Shown here piece by piece: positions 29,014-39,203 of a stretch of DNA of 64,000 nt; position 1 is the first letter of the stretch; every line of letters starts with the position of its first letter. The position numbers were made by a program, and so were the translations under genes. The notes under the pieces are model-generated. The model did not search any database and was not told the DNA's origin. It saw only the letters and a program-made list of their open reading frames with translations. The DNA is from Chthoniobacteraceae bacterium. GTDB lineage: Bacteria > Verrucomicrobiota > Verrucomicrobiia > Chthoniobacterales > Chthoniobacteraceae. The stretch is from contig JBBCKI010000031.1 of NCBI GenBank assembly GCA_037190965.1, positions 1 to 64,000 of the forward strand, read 5' to 3'.

Positions 29014-30471
29014 CTAACGCCTGCGTTTAAACCAAGCAATCAACCCCAGAAGCGCGGCCCCGCCGGGGATCGCCCCCATCGTGACCATCGCCAGGGAATT
29101 CATTTGGGAATCGGAAAGGCTCAACGAAAAATTGCGGACCGTCTTCGGCGCGATCCCGATCAGCGAATCGCGGTCGAGCAGCCAGTTAACGCCGCTCAAG
29201 ACAAAATCGAGATCGGCGGTCGTCAATGCCTGGTTGCTTATAAACGCCGAGTTGCCGACCACAATCATGCGGGAAGAATCCACCTGTACCCGCTCGTCGC
29301 TCAACGCGCCCTTCTCCACCGAGGCGGCGACCAGCGGCGAAGCGGTGTCCTCCGTGGCGTTGAAGTAGATGCCGCCGCCACCGCTGATGTCGTAGCGGGC
29401 CTCCGCCCAGAACCCTTTGGAAGCGACGATCAACGGCGTCACCCGGATGTTCTCTTCCTTCACCCGGTCGCCCTCCAGCGTGAGCGACTGCGTCACCCCC
29501 ATGAAGGCGGCGCTCACGTTCTGAAGCCGCTTGGTGATGGGAGAGCCCGGGTTGAAATCCCCGGTGATCTCCCTGAGCACTCCGGTCACATCCCCCAGCG
29601 GCACCGTCTTTAGCACCCGGTCGTCATTGACCACAACGCCGTGCCGATGCAAGAACGCCGCGAGGTTCGGCGTCGGCGAGGCGGGGTCAAGCAACACGAA
29701 AACCCGTCCCTGCTTGTTCCAGTACGCCGCCAGCATCCCAAGTTCGCGCTCCGAGAAATCGTACTTCGGACCGACAATAAAGAGCATCCGGGCATCTGCG
29801 GGAATGCCGTCCACATCGGTCAGCTTGAGCGGCGCGACGACGACGTTCTGCCGCTCGATGAAGGTCTTTAATCCGGAAAGGTCTTCGGAGTTGAACGCCA
29901 CCTCCCCATGCCCGCTGATGGCGTAAATTTTATTTGCCCCTTGCGCGGTCACTTCGATCAACGCGCTCGTCAGCGCCTGCTCTCCGGTGAACGCCTTCAA
30001 ACGTGGCTTCTCCAGCGGGTTGAAGGAGATATCGAACTCCGCCATCTCCGTCGCGTTCACCAGTTTGTCGCGACCATCGTAGGAGACAATGACAACGTTC
30101 TCCTGGTCGCCCAGTTTGTACTGAGAGGCCAGCTCCCGCGCCCGGGTCAGGTTCAGGTAGGGGTTGACGACCTCCACTCGCACTTTTTTCTTCGATACCC
30201 CGGCGTATTCGCGGGCCAGCCCGCCGACGTCATTCGCGATGGGCGAGTTGCCCGCGAAGAAGACCGTCATTTCAACCGGCTTCTTCAAATCGCCGATCAC
30301 GCGTTTGGTCTGTTCGCTGAGCGAGTATTTATGGTCCCGCGAAAAATCCCAGCGCCGGTAATGGTTGAACGCGAAGTAGTTCACCATCATGACGATCAGA
30401 AAGACCAGCGCGATCTGGACGACCACATTCGCGCCAATCCGGGAGCGGTTGATGGAAGAGGGGTTGGACAT
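29014..30471 (-). CDS. GldG-family ABC auxiliary protein
   Basis: RWDFSRDHKYSLSEQT, GEQALTSAL, GHGE, C-terminal TM. Start placed at MSNPSS. Confidence 0.85.
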   Translation of the reverse strand: MSNPSSINRSRIGANVVVQIALVFLIVMMVNYFAFNHYRRWDFSRDHKYSLSEQTKRVIGDLKKPVEMTVFFAGNSPIANDVGGLAREYAGVSKKKVRVEVVNPYLNLTRARELASQYKLGDQENVVIVSYDGRDKLVNATEMAEFDISFNPLEKPRLKAFTGEQALTSALIEVTAQGANKIYAISGHGEVAFNSEDLSGLKTFIERQNVVVAPLKLTDVDGIPADARMLFIVGPKYDFSERELGMLAAYWNKQGRVFVLLDPASPTPNLAAFLHRHGVVVNDDRVLKTVPLGDVTGVLREITGDFNPGSPITKRLQNVSAAFMGVTQSLTLEGDRVKEENIRVTPLIVASKGFWAEARYDISGGGGIYFNATEDTASPLVAASVEKGALSDERVQVDSSRMIVVGNSAFISNQALTTADLDFVLSGVNWLLDRDSLIGIAPKTVRNFSLSLSDSQMNSLAMVTMGAIPGGAALLGLIAWFKRRR

Positions 30472-30491
30472 GGCGGAAAAGGGGATGGGTA

Positions 30492-31247
30492 TTACGCCTT
30501 CCAGCGGCGGAACTGAAAAATCTGGTGAGTCAGCGTGAGAATCAGCGCGGTGGCCGACAGATAGAAGACCACCCGCCGCGAATCGATGATCCCCTTGGAA
30601 AACTCGCTCATGTGCTCCAACGTGGAGAAATAGCTCACGATGTCGCGAAGGATCGGCGAAACATTGGGCGAGAAGAAAGTCAGGAGCCCGGCAAAGAAGT
30701 AGAGCGTGAGCAAGCAGAAACAGATTACCGCCGCCACAATCTGGTCCTGCGTCACCACGGAGGCGAGGCAGCCGATGGAGAGGAAAAACATTCCCACCAG
30801 CATCAGGATGAGAAAGCTCCCCCAGAAAGCGCCCGTCGCGTTGGCCGCGTCGACCTTGGCGATCCGCTCGAAGGCGACGAAGTAGAGGAAGTTCGGCAGC
30901 CAGATCACCGCATAGAACACCAGTGCCCCGCCGAACTTGGAGAGCACCACCTGCCAATCACGCACCGGGGCGGTCATCAGCGTTTCGATGGTTCCCATCT
31001 TAAATTCTTCGGCGAAGACCCGCATGGTGATCGGAGGAAAAATCAAAATGAATCCGATCCAGAACGGCACCGAGTTGAAAAATCCTTCCACCACCGTCAC
31101 TTCCGTCGGCCCGCGAGAGAGCAGCGCGACATCCATGTAAAAGGCGAACCCGGTCAGCAGCAGGAAGAAACAGAGCACCACGTAAGCCGTGGGCGAGTAG
31201 AAGTAGGCCCGGACTTCGCGGGCGAGAAGAGTGAGGAATTTCGACAT
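30492..31247 (-). CDS. ABC-2 permease (GldF-like)
   Basis: REVRAYFYSPTAY, TMRVFAEEFKMGTIETLMTAPV. Confidence 0.88.
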   Translation of the reverse strand: MSKFLTLLAREVRAYFYSPTAYVVLCFFLLLTGFAFYMDVALLSRGPTEVTVVEGFFNSVPFWIGFILIFPPITMRVFAEEFKMGTIETLMTAPVRDWQVVLSKFGGALVFYAVIWLPNFLYFVAFERIAKVDAANATGAFWGSFLILMLVGMFFLSIGCLASVVTQDQIVAAVICFCLLTLYFFAGLLTFFSPNVSPILRDIVSYFSTLEHMSEFSKGIIDSRRVVFYLSATALILTLTHQIFQFRRWKA

Positions 31248-31263
31248 CGGGGTAGGGAAGGGG

Positions 31264-32220
31264 TTAAAGATCGTCGCCGTGGGTCAGTTCCACAAACACA
31301 TCTTCCAGGGTGGCCCGGCGGCGGGAAAGCTCGCGCACGGTCCAGCGCCGGTCGTTGGCCAGCCGCCAGATCTCCTCGCGAGGGTCGCGCCCCGCGTCGG
31401 TCCGCAGGGTGAAGTGGGTCCACCCCTCTTCCGGGCCCTCGTGCTCCTCCTGCTCCAGGCAAACCTCTTTGATTCCAGGCAGCCCCGCCAGCAGAACACG
31501 TCCGTCATCGTTGGGGGCCACTTTCGCCTCCAGGCGGATGCCGCCCGCCGCGCGCATCGCATTCACGAGGTTTTCCGGGGTATCCGCCGCCTCGATATGC
31601 CCCCGGTTGATGATGACCACCCGGTTGCACGTCATCTCGACTTCGGGAAGAATGTGGGTGGAAAGCAGAATCGTGTGATGCTTGCCGAGGTTGCGGATCA
31701 GCTCCCGCACCTGGCGGATCTGGTTGGGGTCGAGCCCGGCGGTCGGCTCGTCGAGAATCAGCAGGTCGGGCGAATTAAGCAGCGCGTCGGCCAGCCCCAC
31801 CCGTTGCCGATACCCCTTGGAGAGCCGCCCGATCACCCGGCCCTCTACCTCGCGCAGGGAGCAGAGCTCCGTCACGTCGCCCACCCGCTCGCGGCGACGA
31901 CGGCCCGTCAACTCCTTGAGCGAGGCGCGGTAGTTCAGGTACTCCGACACCCGCATGTCCTTATAGAGGGGGACGTTCTCCGGCATGAAACCGAGATGCC
32001 GACGCACATCGAGCGACTGCGTGAACACGTCAAACCCGGCCACCGTGGCCCGACCCGAGGTCGCGGGCATGCTCGTGGCCAGAATGCGCATCGTCGTCGA
32101 TTTCCCCGCGCCGTTGGGCCCAAGAAAACCGACGATCTCTCCCTTGCCGACTTCGAAAGACAAATTCTCGATGGCGGTAAAGCCCGCGTACCGTTTGGTC
32201 AGGTTTTCAACTTTAATCAT
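31264..32220 (-). CDS. ABC transporter ATP-binding protein (GldA-like)
   Basis: GPNGAGKST, LSKGYRQRVGLA, ILDEPT, STHILPEV. Confidence 0.92.
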   Translation of the reverse strand: MIKVENLTKRYAGFTAIENLSFEVGKGEIVGFLGPNGAGKSTTMRILATSMPATSGRATVAGFDVFTQSLDVRRHLGFMPENVPLYKDMRVSEYLNYRASLKELTGRRRRERVGDVTELCSLREVEGRVIGRLSKGYRQRVGLADALLNSPDLLILDEPTAGLDPNQIRQVRELIRNLGKHHTILLSTHILPEVEMTCNRVVIINRGHIEAADTPENLVNAMRAAGGIRLEAKVAPNDDGRVLLAGLPGIKEVCLEQEEHEGPEEGWTHFTLRTDAGRDPREEIWRLANDRRWTVRELSRRRATLEDVFVELTHGDDL

Positions 32221-32579
32221 GGGGAGGGGTCCCGGCCCAAAGCCGGAGGCACATGGATAAACCGGAACCGGCCTCCTTGCACCGACTTTTTTTTGGGGGA
32301 GAGGGATGGAGAAACCGGCCGGTGCTGGCTAAACATGGGGCCAAGCGTTTCTCTTCACCCTCCCGTCGCCGAAGCGAGATGCCCGCCCCCTGCCTCCCTT
32401 GAATACAGGAATTGACGTTTTTCGCAAATTTGAGGACCATCGAGTTGTTCGACGAAGTTAAATCTTTCTTCCCACGACAGTTTTACACCCATCACGCCGT
32501 CAACACCAAGTAGGCCACGCCAAACAAACCGCTGCAGATAACCCGCTTCGCGGCACCCGCGCCGAATCGTCCACTAACA

Positions 32580-32978
32580 ATGAAGATACTGATGGCTGTC
32601 ACTCTGATCATGTTAGGAACGGTTTGGCTATTCTATGCTACGCTGATGCCGAACACGGCGGAGACACGCGCCCTAAGCGACGCGATGCAAATTGAACACG
32701 ACCTGTATGCCTGGGCGGCTGAAAAGGTCTCGGCAGGGAAACTCGAAGAGAGCGATCTTCAGGAGATATTTATCGACAATTACCTCCTTCGCCTTGGCGG
32801 AGAAAACCGGAGTCGAAACTTCCACGAAATGATCAAAAACATTGCCCACTCAAGTCCTCTACCAACCTGGCCGGGTGTCGTTTCGATCATCGTCGGAGTC
32901 GTCGGCGCGGTTTCGTCGATGATAAGGTCGCAAACAAACAGAGCAAAGTCCTGCATCCAACCGCGTTCCGCGCGATAG
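32580..32978 (+). CDS. Hypothetical membrane protein (cassette-like)
   Basis: TM segments at both ends; C-terminus reads into an attC-like site. Confidence 0.6.
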   Translation: MKILMAVTLIMLGTVWLFYATLMPNTAETRALSDAMQIEHDLYAWAAEKVSAGKLEESDLQEIFIDNYLLRLGGENRSRNFHEMIKNIAHSSPLPTWPGVVSIIVGVVGAVSSMIRSQTNRAKSCIQPRSAR

Positions 32979-33003
32979 CCGAGCTCGAGTATAACCAGCC
33001 GCC

Positions 33004-33546
33004 ATGACTCAACGGATCATCAAAAATTCAATTTTCACAGGAGTCCCATTCGGTCTTTTTATGGGGCTCTTCTACGCGTGGAGACAGGGTTCCACGAGCG
33101 GACTGTCAATCGGCCTTGCGGGTGGAGTATTTTTTGGGGTCGCAATGGCCATCTTCGCAGAAAATCAGCGAAGAAAAATGGAATGCAAAGACCATTCCTT
33201 TGAGGGTGAAAAGATTCTCCTTCAGGGACCCGCCAATCATTTCCAAAATGGTGAAGGCAAGGGAGGCTGGCTAATCTTGACCGAAAGGAGACTAATGTTC
33301 CGGTCTCATGGTAAGAATCTACAGAACCAACCAGTTGATGTCATGGTCGCAGACATTGCCAGCGCCGTTCCAACGCTCACCATGGGTTTCATTCCAAATG
33401 GCCTTAGCATAGAGAAAAGGAATGGGGTTAAAGCGAGGTTTGCAGTTTCGAAGAGAAAAGAATGGGCCGAACGCATCGAACAGTTAATTTCCCCCGAACA
33501 AGGCGATGCAGGCACCCCTCCCTTCGGGCCGAATCTTGATCACTAG
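33004..33546 (+). CDS. Membrane protein with GRAM/PH-like domain
   Basis: Two TM segments, then ANHF..GEGKGGWLILTERRLMFRSH; C-terminus reads into an attC-like site. Confidence 0.7.
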   Translation: MTQRIIKNSIFTGVPFGLFMGLFYAWRQGSTSGLSIGLAGGVFFGVAMAIFAENQRRKMECKDHSFEGEKILLQGPANHFQNGEGKGGWLILTERRLMFRSHGKNLQNQPVDVMVADIASAVPTLTMGFIPNGLSIEKRNGVKARFAVSKRKEWAERIEQLISPEQGDAGTPPFGPNLDH

Positions 33547-33576
33547 TCGTCAGGCGATTCCTCTCCAACAAAAAAG

Positions 33577-34014
33577 ATGCCATCTGATCCCACATCTCTG
33601 TCAGAGGCATTGAAGGATATCGACCCGAAGAAATTCCCTCACGGACTCGAACAATACAAACGGTTCGGCCCGAAGACGGTGCGCGCGATTCTTGCCGTTC
33701 GTGATCTCGTGATGCATTCTCCCGAGCTCAGCGAGACTCAATTTAGAATTGGGATCACGACTGATCCAAAGACTCAAGAGGCAAAGGATCGCCAAGCAGG
33801 CTGTGTGAAGTTCGAGATTATCTTTGAATCCGTTGATTGCGATGAGGGCCGAAGCGTAGAGGCCGACGTCCGATTGAATTTTTTATGGCACTTTCCCGGC
33901 CGCTGCCTGAACAAGGGCGATTACAGGGGCGAAAATTTGATAACTGGATTAACCGCGTTTGTCTATTTGGCCTGCTTTCCTGCAGGGTCCTTTACCATCC
34001 TCAAAAGCACCTGA
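33577..34014 (+). CDS. Hypothetical protein, weak GIY-YIG-like motif
   Basis: FRIGITTDP ... SVEA ... CLN pattern. Confidence 0.55.
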   Translation: MPSDPTSLSEALKDIDPKKFPHGLEQYKRFGPKTVRAILAVRDLVMHSPELSETQFRIGITTDPKTQEAKDRQAGCVKFEIIFESVDCDEGRSVEADVRLNFLWHFPGRCLNKGDYRGENLITGLTAFVYLACFPAGSFTILKST

Positions 34015-34032
34015 CAATGCGAGGCATCCATT

Positions 34033-34317
34033 ATGAAATCCGAAGTACTATTCATGGGGCTCCTTCCAACAATCATTGCTCTAATCGCGGTTATTGTTTC
34101 TTTGGTTATTTCGTTCAAAATCCGTCGCGCCTCCCACTTTCTGTTAAGTTGCATGGTTGGCGTCGGAGTCGCCTGGTCGCTCATGATTCTATATCGGATT
34201 TTCATCTTGGGAGCGTGGCCTACCTGCCTACCGCATTTGGTGATCGGAGTCGTTTTCATCATCGTAATTCTGCAAAGCATACTCTATGGACGCCAAAAGT
34301 CCTATTCGCTCGAATGA
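34033..34317 (+). CDS. Small hypothetical membrane protein (3 TM)
   Basis: 94-aa hydrophobic ORF co-oriented with the array. Confidence 0.55.
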   Translation: MKSEVLFMGLLPTIIALIAVIVSLVISFKIRRASHFLLSCMVGVGVAWSLMILYRIFILGAWPTCLPHLVIGVVFIIVILQSILYGRQKSYSLE

Positions 34318-34521
34318 ACACCACTTTGTAAATCATTTCACATGATCACCCAAAGGCTGATAAGACATGCAGCCATGGTCCCATTTCTATTGCCGAATTC
34401 GCCGCTCTCGACCGCTCGACCTTCACGCCGCTAGATGAGATTTGTCCGTCCAAAACCGAATGAATATAGCGCCTGTCCCGAGTAACGAAGGCCGATCACG
34501 GACCAATCAGACGATGCCTCT

Positions 34522-34866
34522 ATGCGAGCGCTCGCTTACATTCTCATTGCCTCCGGCCTCTTTTGCCTAGCCGATGCGGCATACGACGAGTATCGCGGCG
34601 TCGCGGATGCGTTGTCTCCAGGACGTGCGTGTCAGCGCCACGTCATCGCTCGTGCAGACGACCCCAAACAGTTCCGCAACCTTATGGCGTATCAGTGGCT
34701 TCGCGGGCCGATCGTTCTTTTCGGCGGTTTCATCATTCTTGGCCTCTGCCTCCGCGCTGATCGCCTTGATCCGTTCTCACCCAATTTCGCCGGATCCGAC
34801 GCACTCGATGCCTTGAACCACACTCTCGCTGAAGAAGAAAAGAGGCGCCACAGCTCACTGGAATGA
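34522..34866 (+). CDS. Hypothetical membrane protein
   Basis: 114-aa ORF with two hydrophobic segments. Confidence 0.55.
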   Translation: MRALAYILIASGLFCLADAAYDEYRGVADALSPGRACQRHVIARADDPKQFRNLMAYQWLRGPIVLFGGFIILGLCLRADRLDPFSPNFAGSDALDALNHTLAEEEKRRHSSLE

Positions 34867-34963
34867 CAATACTCTCAACATCCGGTCATGTGCTGCACCT
34901 CCGCTCGGCATCGACAATAGGAATCCGGTGAACCCGCTCCTCTAGAGCTCCCGAACCATTAGC

Positions 34964-36058
34964 TCAAGGGGTTCCCGGCGCCGTCATCAGCTTGTCAACC
35001 TGGCTGAATAGCCCGTCCACAGCAGGCTTTACCTGATCGCCAACAATAGGCAAAGTGAGCACGGGCTGAGCGGCCGCATGAAGGTTAGCCACCAGCGGAC
35101 GAAAGTGATCCAGGGCGGCTTTCTGGACTGGCTGGGGAAGTGCGGCCAACCCGGAGCGAACTCCGCCCAACTTCGCGGTAATGTCCCGCAGCTTCGGCAC
35201 AGCTGCGCCGGCGCTGGCCTCGTCGGTAATGGACCCAATGGTCGCAGTCGCGTCTCTAAGAAGGGACGATCCCTCGTTAATAACTTTCGCGCCGTCCCGC
35301 TCAGCAGGGGCCTCTTGTACCTGGCTTTCTCCTACCAGCGGAGGGGTCTCGGCAGTCCTTCTGAACATCCTGGGTAGGAAATAGAGAATCAAAGCCGCTA
35401 TCACTAGAGGAATTATCCATCTCAAGGCCGACATCCCTGGAGCCACGGGTTCCCGGGGAGATACACCTGACTCAGGGAGTCTACCCACCGGCGGGGTGGC
35501 GCGTGAAGGGCCTCCGAGCACGCTGCCGAGGCCGGGCACTGCCGAGGAAAGCATGCTGCCAAGCCCCGCCGGCATGGCAGCGGCAATGTTTTCCTTCTGC
35601 CCGGCGAGCATATTGGTGATGCCTGCGGCATCCAGCCCCTTCGAGTGCTTCCCGATGACGCCCAATACGACAGGCGCGAGCATCCCCAACAATTTTCCGA
35701 TGACGCCTTCGCCCACTCCGGTAAACCGCGCAAGCACGCTGCCAATCTGGCTCACGACCGACCCTCCGAGAATCGAACTGAGGGCGTTGGAGCCCTGTGC
35801 GGCAGCGGTAGCCCCGCCGCCCGAAAACAGGCCGGAAATGTTGTCGGTGACTCCAGGGTCTTGTTGCGACAGAACGTTGGCGAGGTTGGCTCCGCCTCCC
35901 GGTTTGGAGACAGCGCCAACCAGACCGGCAAGCAGACTCGGCACGGCGGCGCTAACGGCTTTACCCGCCTGGTCCTGACCGATTCCGAGGGTTGAGCCTA
36001 TCTTGCCTAGAGTGTCACCGCTGGATAACAGATTGAGAATCGTTTGTACGAGGTTCAT
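34964..36058 (-). CDS. DUF937-family protein
   Basis: MNLVQTILNLLS, AVSAAVPSLLAGL, LLGMLAPVVLG, then a TM segment and C-terminal helical domain. Confidence 0.8.
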   Translation of the reverse strand: MNLVQTILNLLSSGDTLGKIGSTLGIGQDQAGKAVSAAVPSLLAGLVGAVSKPGGGANLANVLSQQDPGVTDNISGLFSGGGATAAAQGSNALSSILGGSVVSQIGSVLARFTGVGEGVIGKLLGMLAPVVLGVIGKHSKGLDAAGITNMLAGQKENIAAAMPAGLGSMLSSAVPGLGSVLGGPSRATPPVGRLPESGVSPREPVAPGMSALRWIIPLVIAALILYFLPRMFRRTAETPPLVGESQVQEAPAERDGAKVINEGSSLLRDATATIGSITDEASAGAAVPKLRDITAKLGGVRSGLAALPQPVQKAALDHFRPLVANLHAAAQPVLTLPIVGDQVKPAVDGLFSQVDKLMTAPGTP

Positions 36059-36223
36059 AACGTGGCGATTTAGTGTTCCTGCATGATGCGCCGGGCGGAT
36101 ATTTCCCTTCTTAATGATTCGGCTGGAAAGCCGAAGTTGGACGGGGGCGGCGGGGGCCCACTCTGTCGCGACAACACGAACCCCCTCCTTACCAACATCG
36201 AACTCCCTGGCCAAACCTCAATT

Positions 36224-36456
36224 CCGACGTTGGAGCAGGTGGATTTGCACGCAGGACACACGGGTGGATGGCAACCCGCTCTCGCCGAGAGTGCGGGACC
36301 GATAACGAGCCGCATTTGACGCCCATCTCTGCGGGACGGGCTGCCTGTGCCGGGATGCAACCCTGATGAAGCCACGGAAGCCGAACCCCGCGCTCGACGG
36401 CGCGAGCGGGCTACCGGTGCTGCCGCACCATGCCGCGATCAACGTCGGAGGTCGGG
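36224..36456. repeat. Composite repeat: family C arms enclosing a family A REPIN (36270-36429)
   Basis: CCGACGTTGGAGCAGG ... [REPIN] ... CCGCGATCAACGTCGG. Confidence 0.72.
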
Positions 36457-36870
36457 TGAAACGGAATCTGAAGTCGACGCAAGTTGACGACGCGACCGAT
36501 ACCTCGAAAGCAGGAATACCAGAACCGCTCCGGTCAATGCTCCGCAAAAGTCCGCCAGCCAATCGCCAAAATCCGCACCGCTTCGTCCAGGCGTGAAAAG
36601 CTGATGGATCTCGTCGCCCCATCCAAACAAGGCCAGGGAAAGAACGCTAGCGAACAGGACTTTCCCCCACGCCCAGGGCATGGTTCCACGAACCGCCATC
36701 GTCAGAAGAATCGATCCTGGAAAAAACAATGAATAGTGAACCACCTTATCAAATCCCTTGAAGAAATGAGGAGCCGACGCCAACTTGCTTGCGCTTAAAG
36801 AGGACAGAAAACAGACGAATATTACCCAGGAGAAAAATCCGCCCCACAAAGCAATCGTTGTTCGCGTCAT
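36439..36870 (-). CDS. VanZ-family protein
   Basis: DKVVHYSLF, DEIHQLFTPGRS, DWLADFCG. Confidence 0.85.
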   Translation of the reverse strand: MTRTTIALWGGFFSWVIFVCFLSSLSASKLASAPHFFKGFDKVVHYSLFFPGSILLTMAVRGTMPWAWGKVLFASVLSLALFGWGDEIHQLFTPGRSGADFGDWLADFCGALTGAVLVFLLSRYRSRRQLASTSDSVSPDLRR

Positions 36871-37130
36871 CGGATAGAACTGAGGCATTCTACAGGCCAT
36901 GGGGATCCAATATAAAGCTAAAGCGGCAGCATCATCGGAGGGACTCTTTTAGTCAACTCAGATGTCGACTTCGATCGCGAGGCCGGTGATTCCCCCCCTC
37001 CTTGGCGACCCAGTAAAGCAGCAGATAGCCGTTCCCTATCGTCTAAACTATTTTATGATCGACGATTTGAAGACCGGGCCACTAAAACGACAAAGAACCA
37101 TCAACTGCCGTTTCTACATTTAATAATACC

Positions 37131-37643
37131 ATGGGCTCTATCGGATTACGGATCTTTTCATCCATCTTTATCCTCATCGGAGGCGCTGTTTTGTTTTTCG
37201 GAGTCAAGTCACTGGTGACGGCAAAGGCGAGCGAAACCTGGCCAACGGTTCAGGGCAAGGTGGTTTCATCCTCTGTTGACTCGAAACAGGGCGATAAGGG
37301 GGGCACCACTTACCATGCCGAGGTTCTGTATGAGTATACCGTCGCGGGTCAACTCCAGTCATCCAATAATATCGCCTTCGGCAGTTATGGATCGAGCGAT
37401 CCATCGCGCGCGAGGGGAACCGTCAACAAGTATCCGGCGGGCTCGGCGGTGACGGTTCATTACTCGCCGACCAACCCGGGAAAAAGCGTTCTTGAAGCAG
37501 GAATTAGCGGAAAGACCTTTTTCCTGCCTGCTTTTGGAACCGTTTTCTTTAGCGTGGGTTTGTGGGTGTTCATCTACATGCCGGGCATCATTGCGCGACA
37601 GCGTGCTGCAAGCAACGGCCAGAATCCAAGTTTTACTAACTAG
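37131..37643 (+). CDS. DUF3592 domain protein
   Basis: TM, WPTVQGKV, YEYTVAG, VTVHYSPTNPGKSVL, TM. Confidence 0.85.
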   Translation: MGSIGLRIFSSIFILIGGAVLFFGVKSLVTAKASETWPTVQGKVVSSSVDSKQGDKGGTTYHAEVLYEYTVAGQLQSSNNIAFGSYGSSDPSRARGTVNKYPAGSAVTVHYSPTNPGKSVLEAGISGKTFFLPAFGTVFFSVGLWVFIYMPGIIARQRAASNGQNPSFTN

Positions 37644-37727
37644 TGTAGTAAAAGATCAGTTCGTCCCAGGAAACGCCCACAGGCACGAGTTGTCGAGAAG
37701 AAGAAATTGAGGGCCTTTGGGCATCAA

Positions 37728-37809
37728 CGGCGTCGTGGAGCTCCGCCCTCCGTCAGAAGAGATGCGCGACGGAAATCCTCCCGGCGGAGGGCGGAGCTCC
37801 GCGACGCCG
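37728..37809. repeat. Family B palindromic doublet
   Basis: CGGCGTCGTGGAGCTCCGCCCTCCG ... CGGAGGGCGGAGCTCCGCGACGCCG, between convergent genes. Confidence 0.8.
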
Positions 37810-37907
37810 CACCCGTTGCGGCCGAAGGCTTACTCTCTTTCCTCTATTGATGACCCTCGATTTATCGATGAACTAAGCTTTCACCACAGTAGCCAAACTC
37901 CCGAAGC

Positions 37908-39065
37908 TTAACTTTTCGGCACCAGCGACACGATCTCAATCCTCTGCAGAATCACTCCCCGGCGGCGCTGGGCGATCCCCACGCTCATATCGACGCGGGC
38001 GTCCTTTTTTGCCTGAACGAGCAGTTTCTCGGCATCGGCAACGCTTCGAATGGCATAGTTGCCGATCTGGAAGATGACAACGCCGCGGCGCAGGCCGCTC
38101 TCTTCGGCCACGCTGCCCGGCTCCACGTCGGAAACGAGCACGCCGCTCCCCGGCTCGACGCCGAAGGCTTCGCTCAGGTCCGGCGTAAGATCCTGCAAGG
38201 AAAGCCCGAACCGCTTCCGGGCCGCCGAACCAGCGAGGGTTCCCGCCTCGGGATTGAGGGCAGCCTTGCGGAACTCCTCCACTTTTTGCGCCACCACGGG
38301 GGCAGGGATGGCAAAGCCGATTCCCTGCACCGGCACCCCCCTGTCTCCATAGGCCATCTTTGCCGAGGCAACGCCGACGAGCTTGCCGGAGAGATCGATG
38401 AGGGGCCCTCCGCTGTTGCCCGGGTTAATTGCGGCATCGGTTTGCAGCAGGTTCTTCAACTCAATCTCCGCGATGGCCAGGTTCCGGTTGGCCGCGCTCA
38501 GAATCCCACGCGCCACCGAGTGGCCGTACCCCATCGGGTTGCCCACCACCAGCACCGTCTGCCCGAGCAGATTGGCCGAAACGTTCTTGAGCGAGATGAA
38601 CGGGAGCGGCTTCTCACTCTCGATCTTCAAGAGCGCAAGGTCGGCCTCCGAATCCCCCGTGACATACTTCGCGTCGTAAGTCTTTCCGTCGGAGGTCGTC
38701 ACCGAGATTTTAAGGTCTTCGGCCCGCTCCACGACGTGCTCGTTTGTCACGATGTAACCTGCCGGATCGACGATGAAGCCCGACCCGAGGCTTTGCACTT
38801 TCTGCCGAAGCTCGCGCGGCCTCGCCCTCGCACCGCCGAAGAACTGGTTAAAGATGTCATCGTAAGGGTCCCGGTAAGTCCGGCGAATCACCCTCTCGGT
38901 GTTGATATTGACGACTGCCGGAAGCGCCTTTCCCACGGCGATCACTGCCGGTTCGGTCGCAGGATCCTGGGTATCGCCGGCGGCGGCGCGGGCCGGGAAA
39001 GGTGCCGTGCCTATAAAGACGGCTGCCAAAAGCGATGGAAGTGCGAAAAGGAATCGTGATTTCAC
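37908..39065 (-). CDS. HtrA/DegQ-like serine protease with one PDZ domain
   Basis: SLGSGFIV, TNEHVV, DLALLKI, QTDAAINPGNSGGPL. GTG start inferred at the signal peptide. Confidence 0.9.
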   Translation of the reverse strand: MKSRFLFALPSLLAAVFIGTAPFPARAAAGDTQDPATEPAVIAVGKALPAVVNINTERVIRRTYRDPYDDIFNQFFGGARARPRELRQKVQSLGSGFIVDPAGYIVTNEHVVERAEDLKISVTTSDGKTYDAKYVTGDSEADLALLKIESEKPLPFISLKNVSANLLGQTVLVVGNPMGYGHSVARGILSAANRNLAIAEIELKNLLQTDAAINPGNSGGPLIDLSGKLVGVASAKMAYGDRGVPVQGIGFAIPAPVVAQKVEEFRKAALNPEAGTLAGSAARKRFGLSLQDLTPDLSEAFGVEPGSGVLVSDVEPGSVAEESGLRRGVVIFQIGNYAIRSVADAEKLLVQAKKDARVDMSVGIAQRRRGVILQRIEIVSLVPKS

Positions 39066-39203
39066 GCTGGATTCCGACAAAAAAGCTGGAAGGTTGCTCA
39101 AAATTTTCCGTTCCAAGTCCATTATTAGCAAAATTTGTGATCCGCTCATTTTTTCATTGGTCCTGCAAAAAACCGGCCTTACATTGCGGGCTGCCAAAGT
39201 GCC

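Larger units (their letters stand above)
32519..34866 (+). mobile_element. Decayed integron-like gene cassette array 1 (no intI)
   Basis: Five short co-oriented lower-GC ORFs with degenerate attC-like spacers near 32519-32575, 32943-32997, 33493-33556 and (weaker) 34356-34437. Confidence 0.5.

Noticed and set aside
27245..32220. Gld-like ABC operon as evidence of gliding motility
   Set aside because: GldA/F/G-DUF4340 operons are widespread in non-gliding bacteria, and no gliding motor or T9SS genes are in the window.
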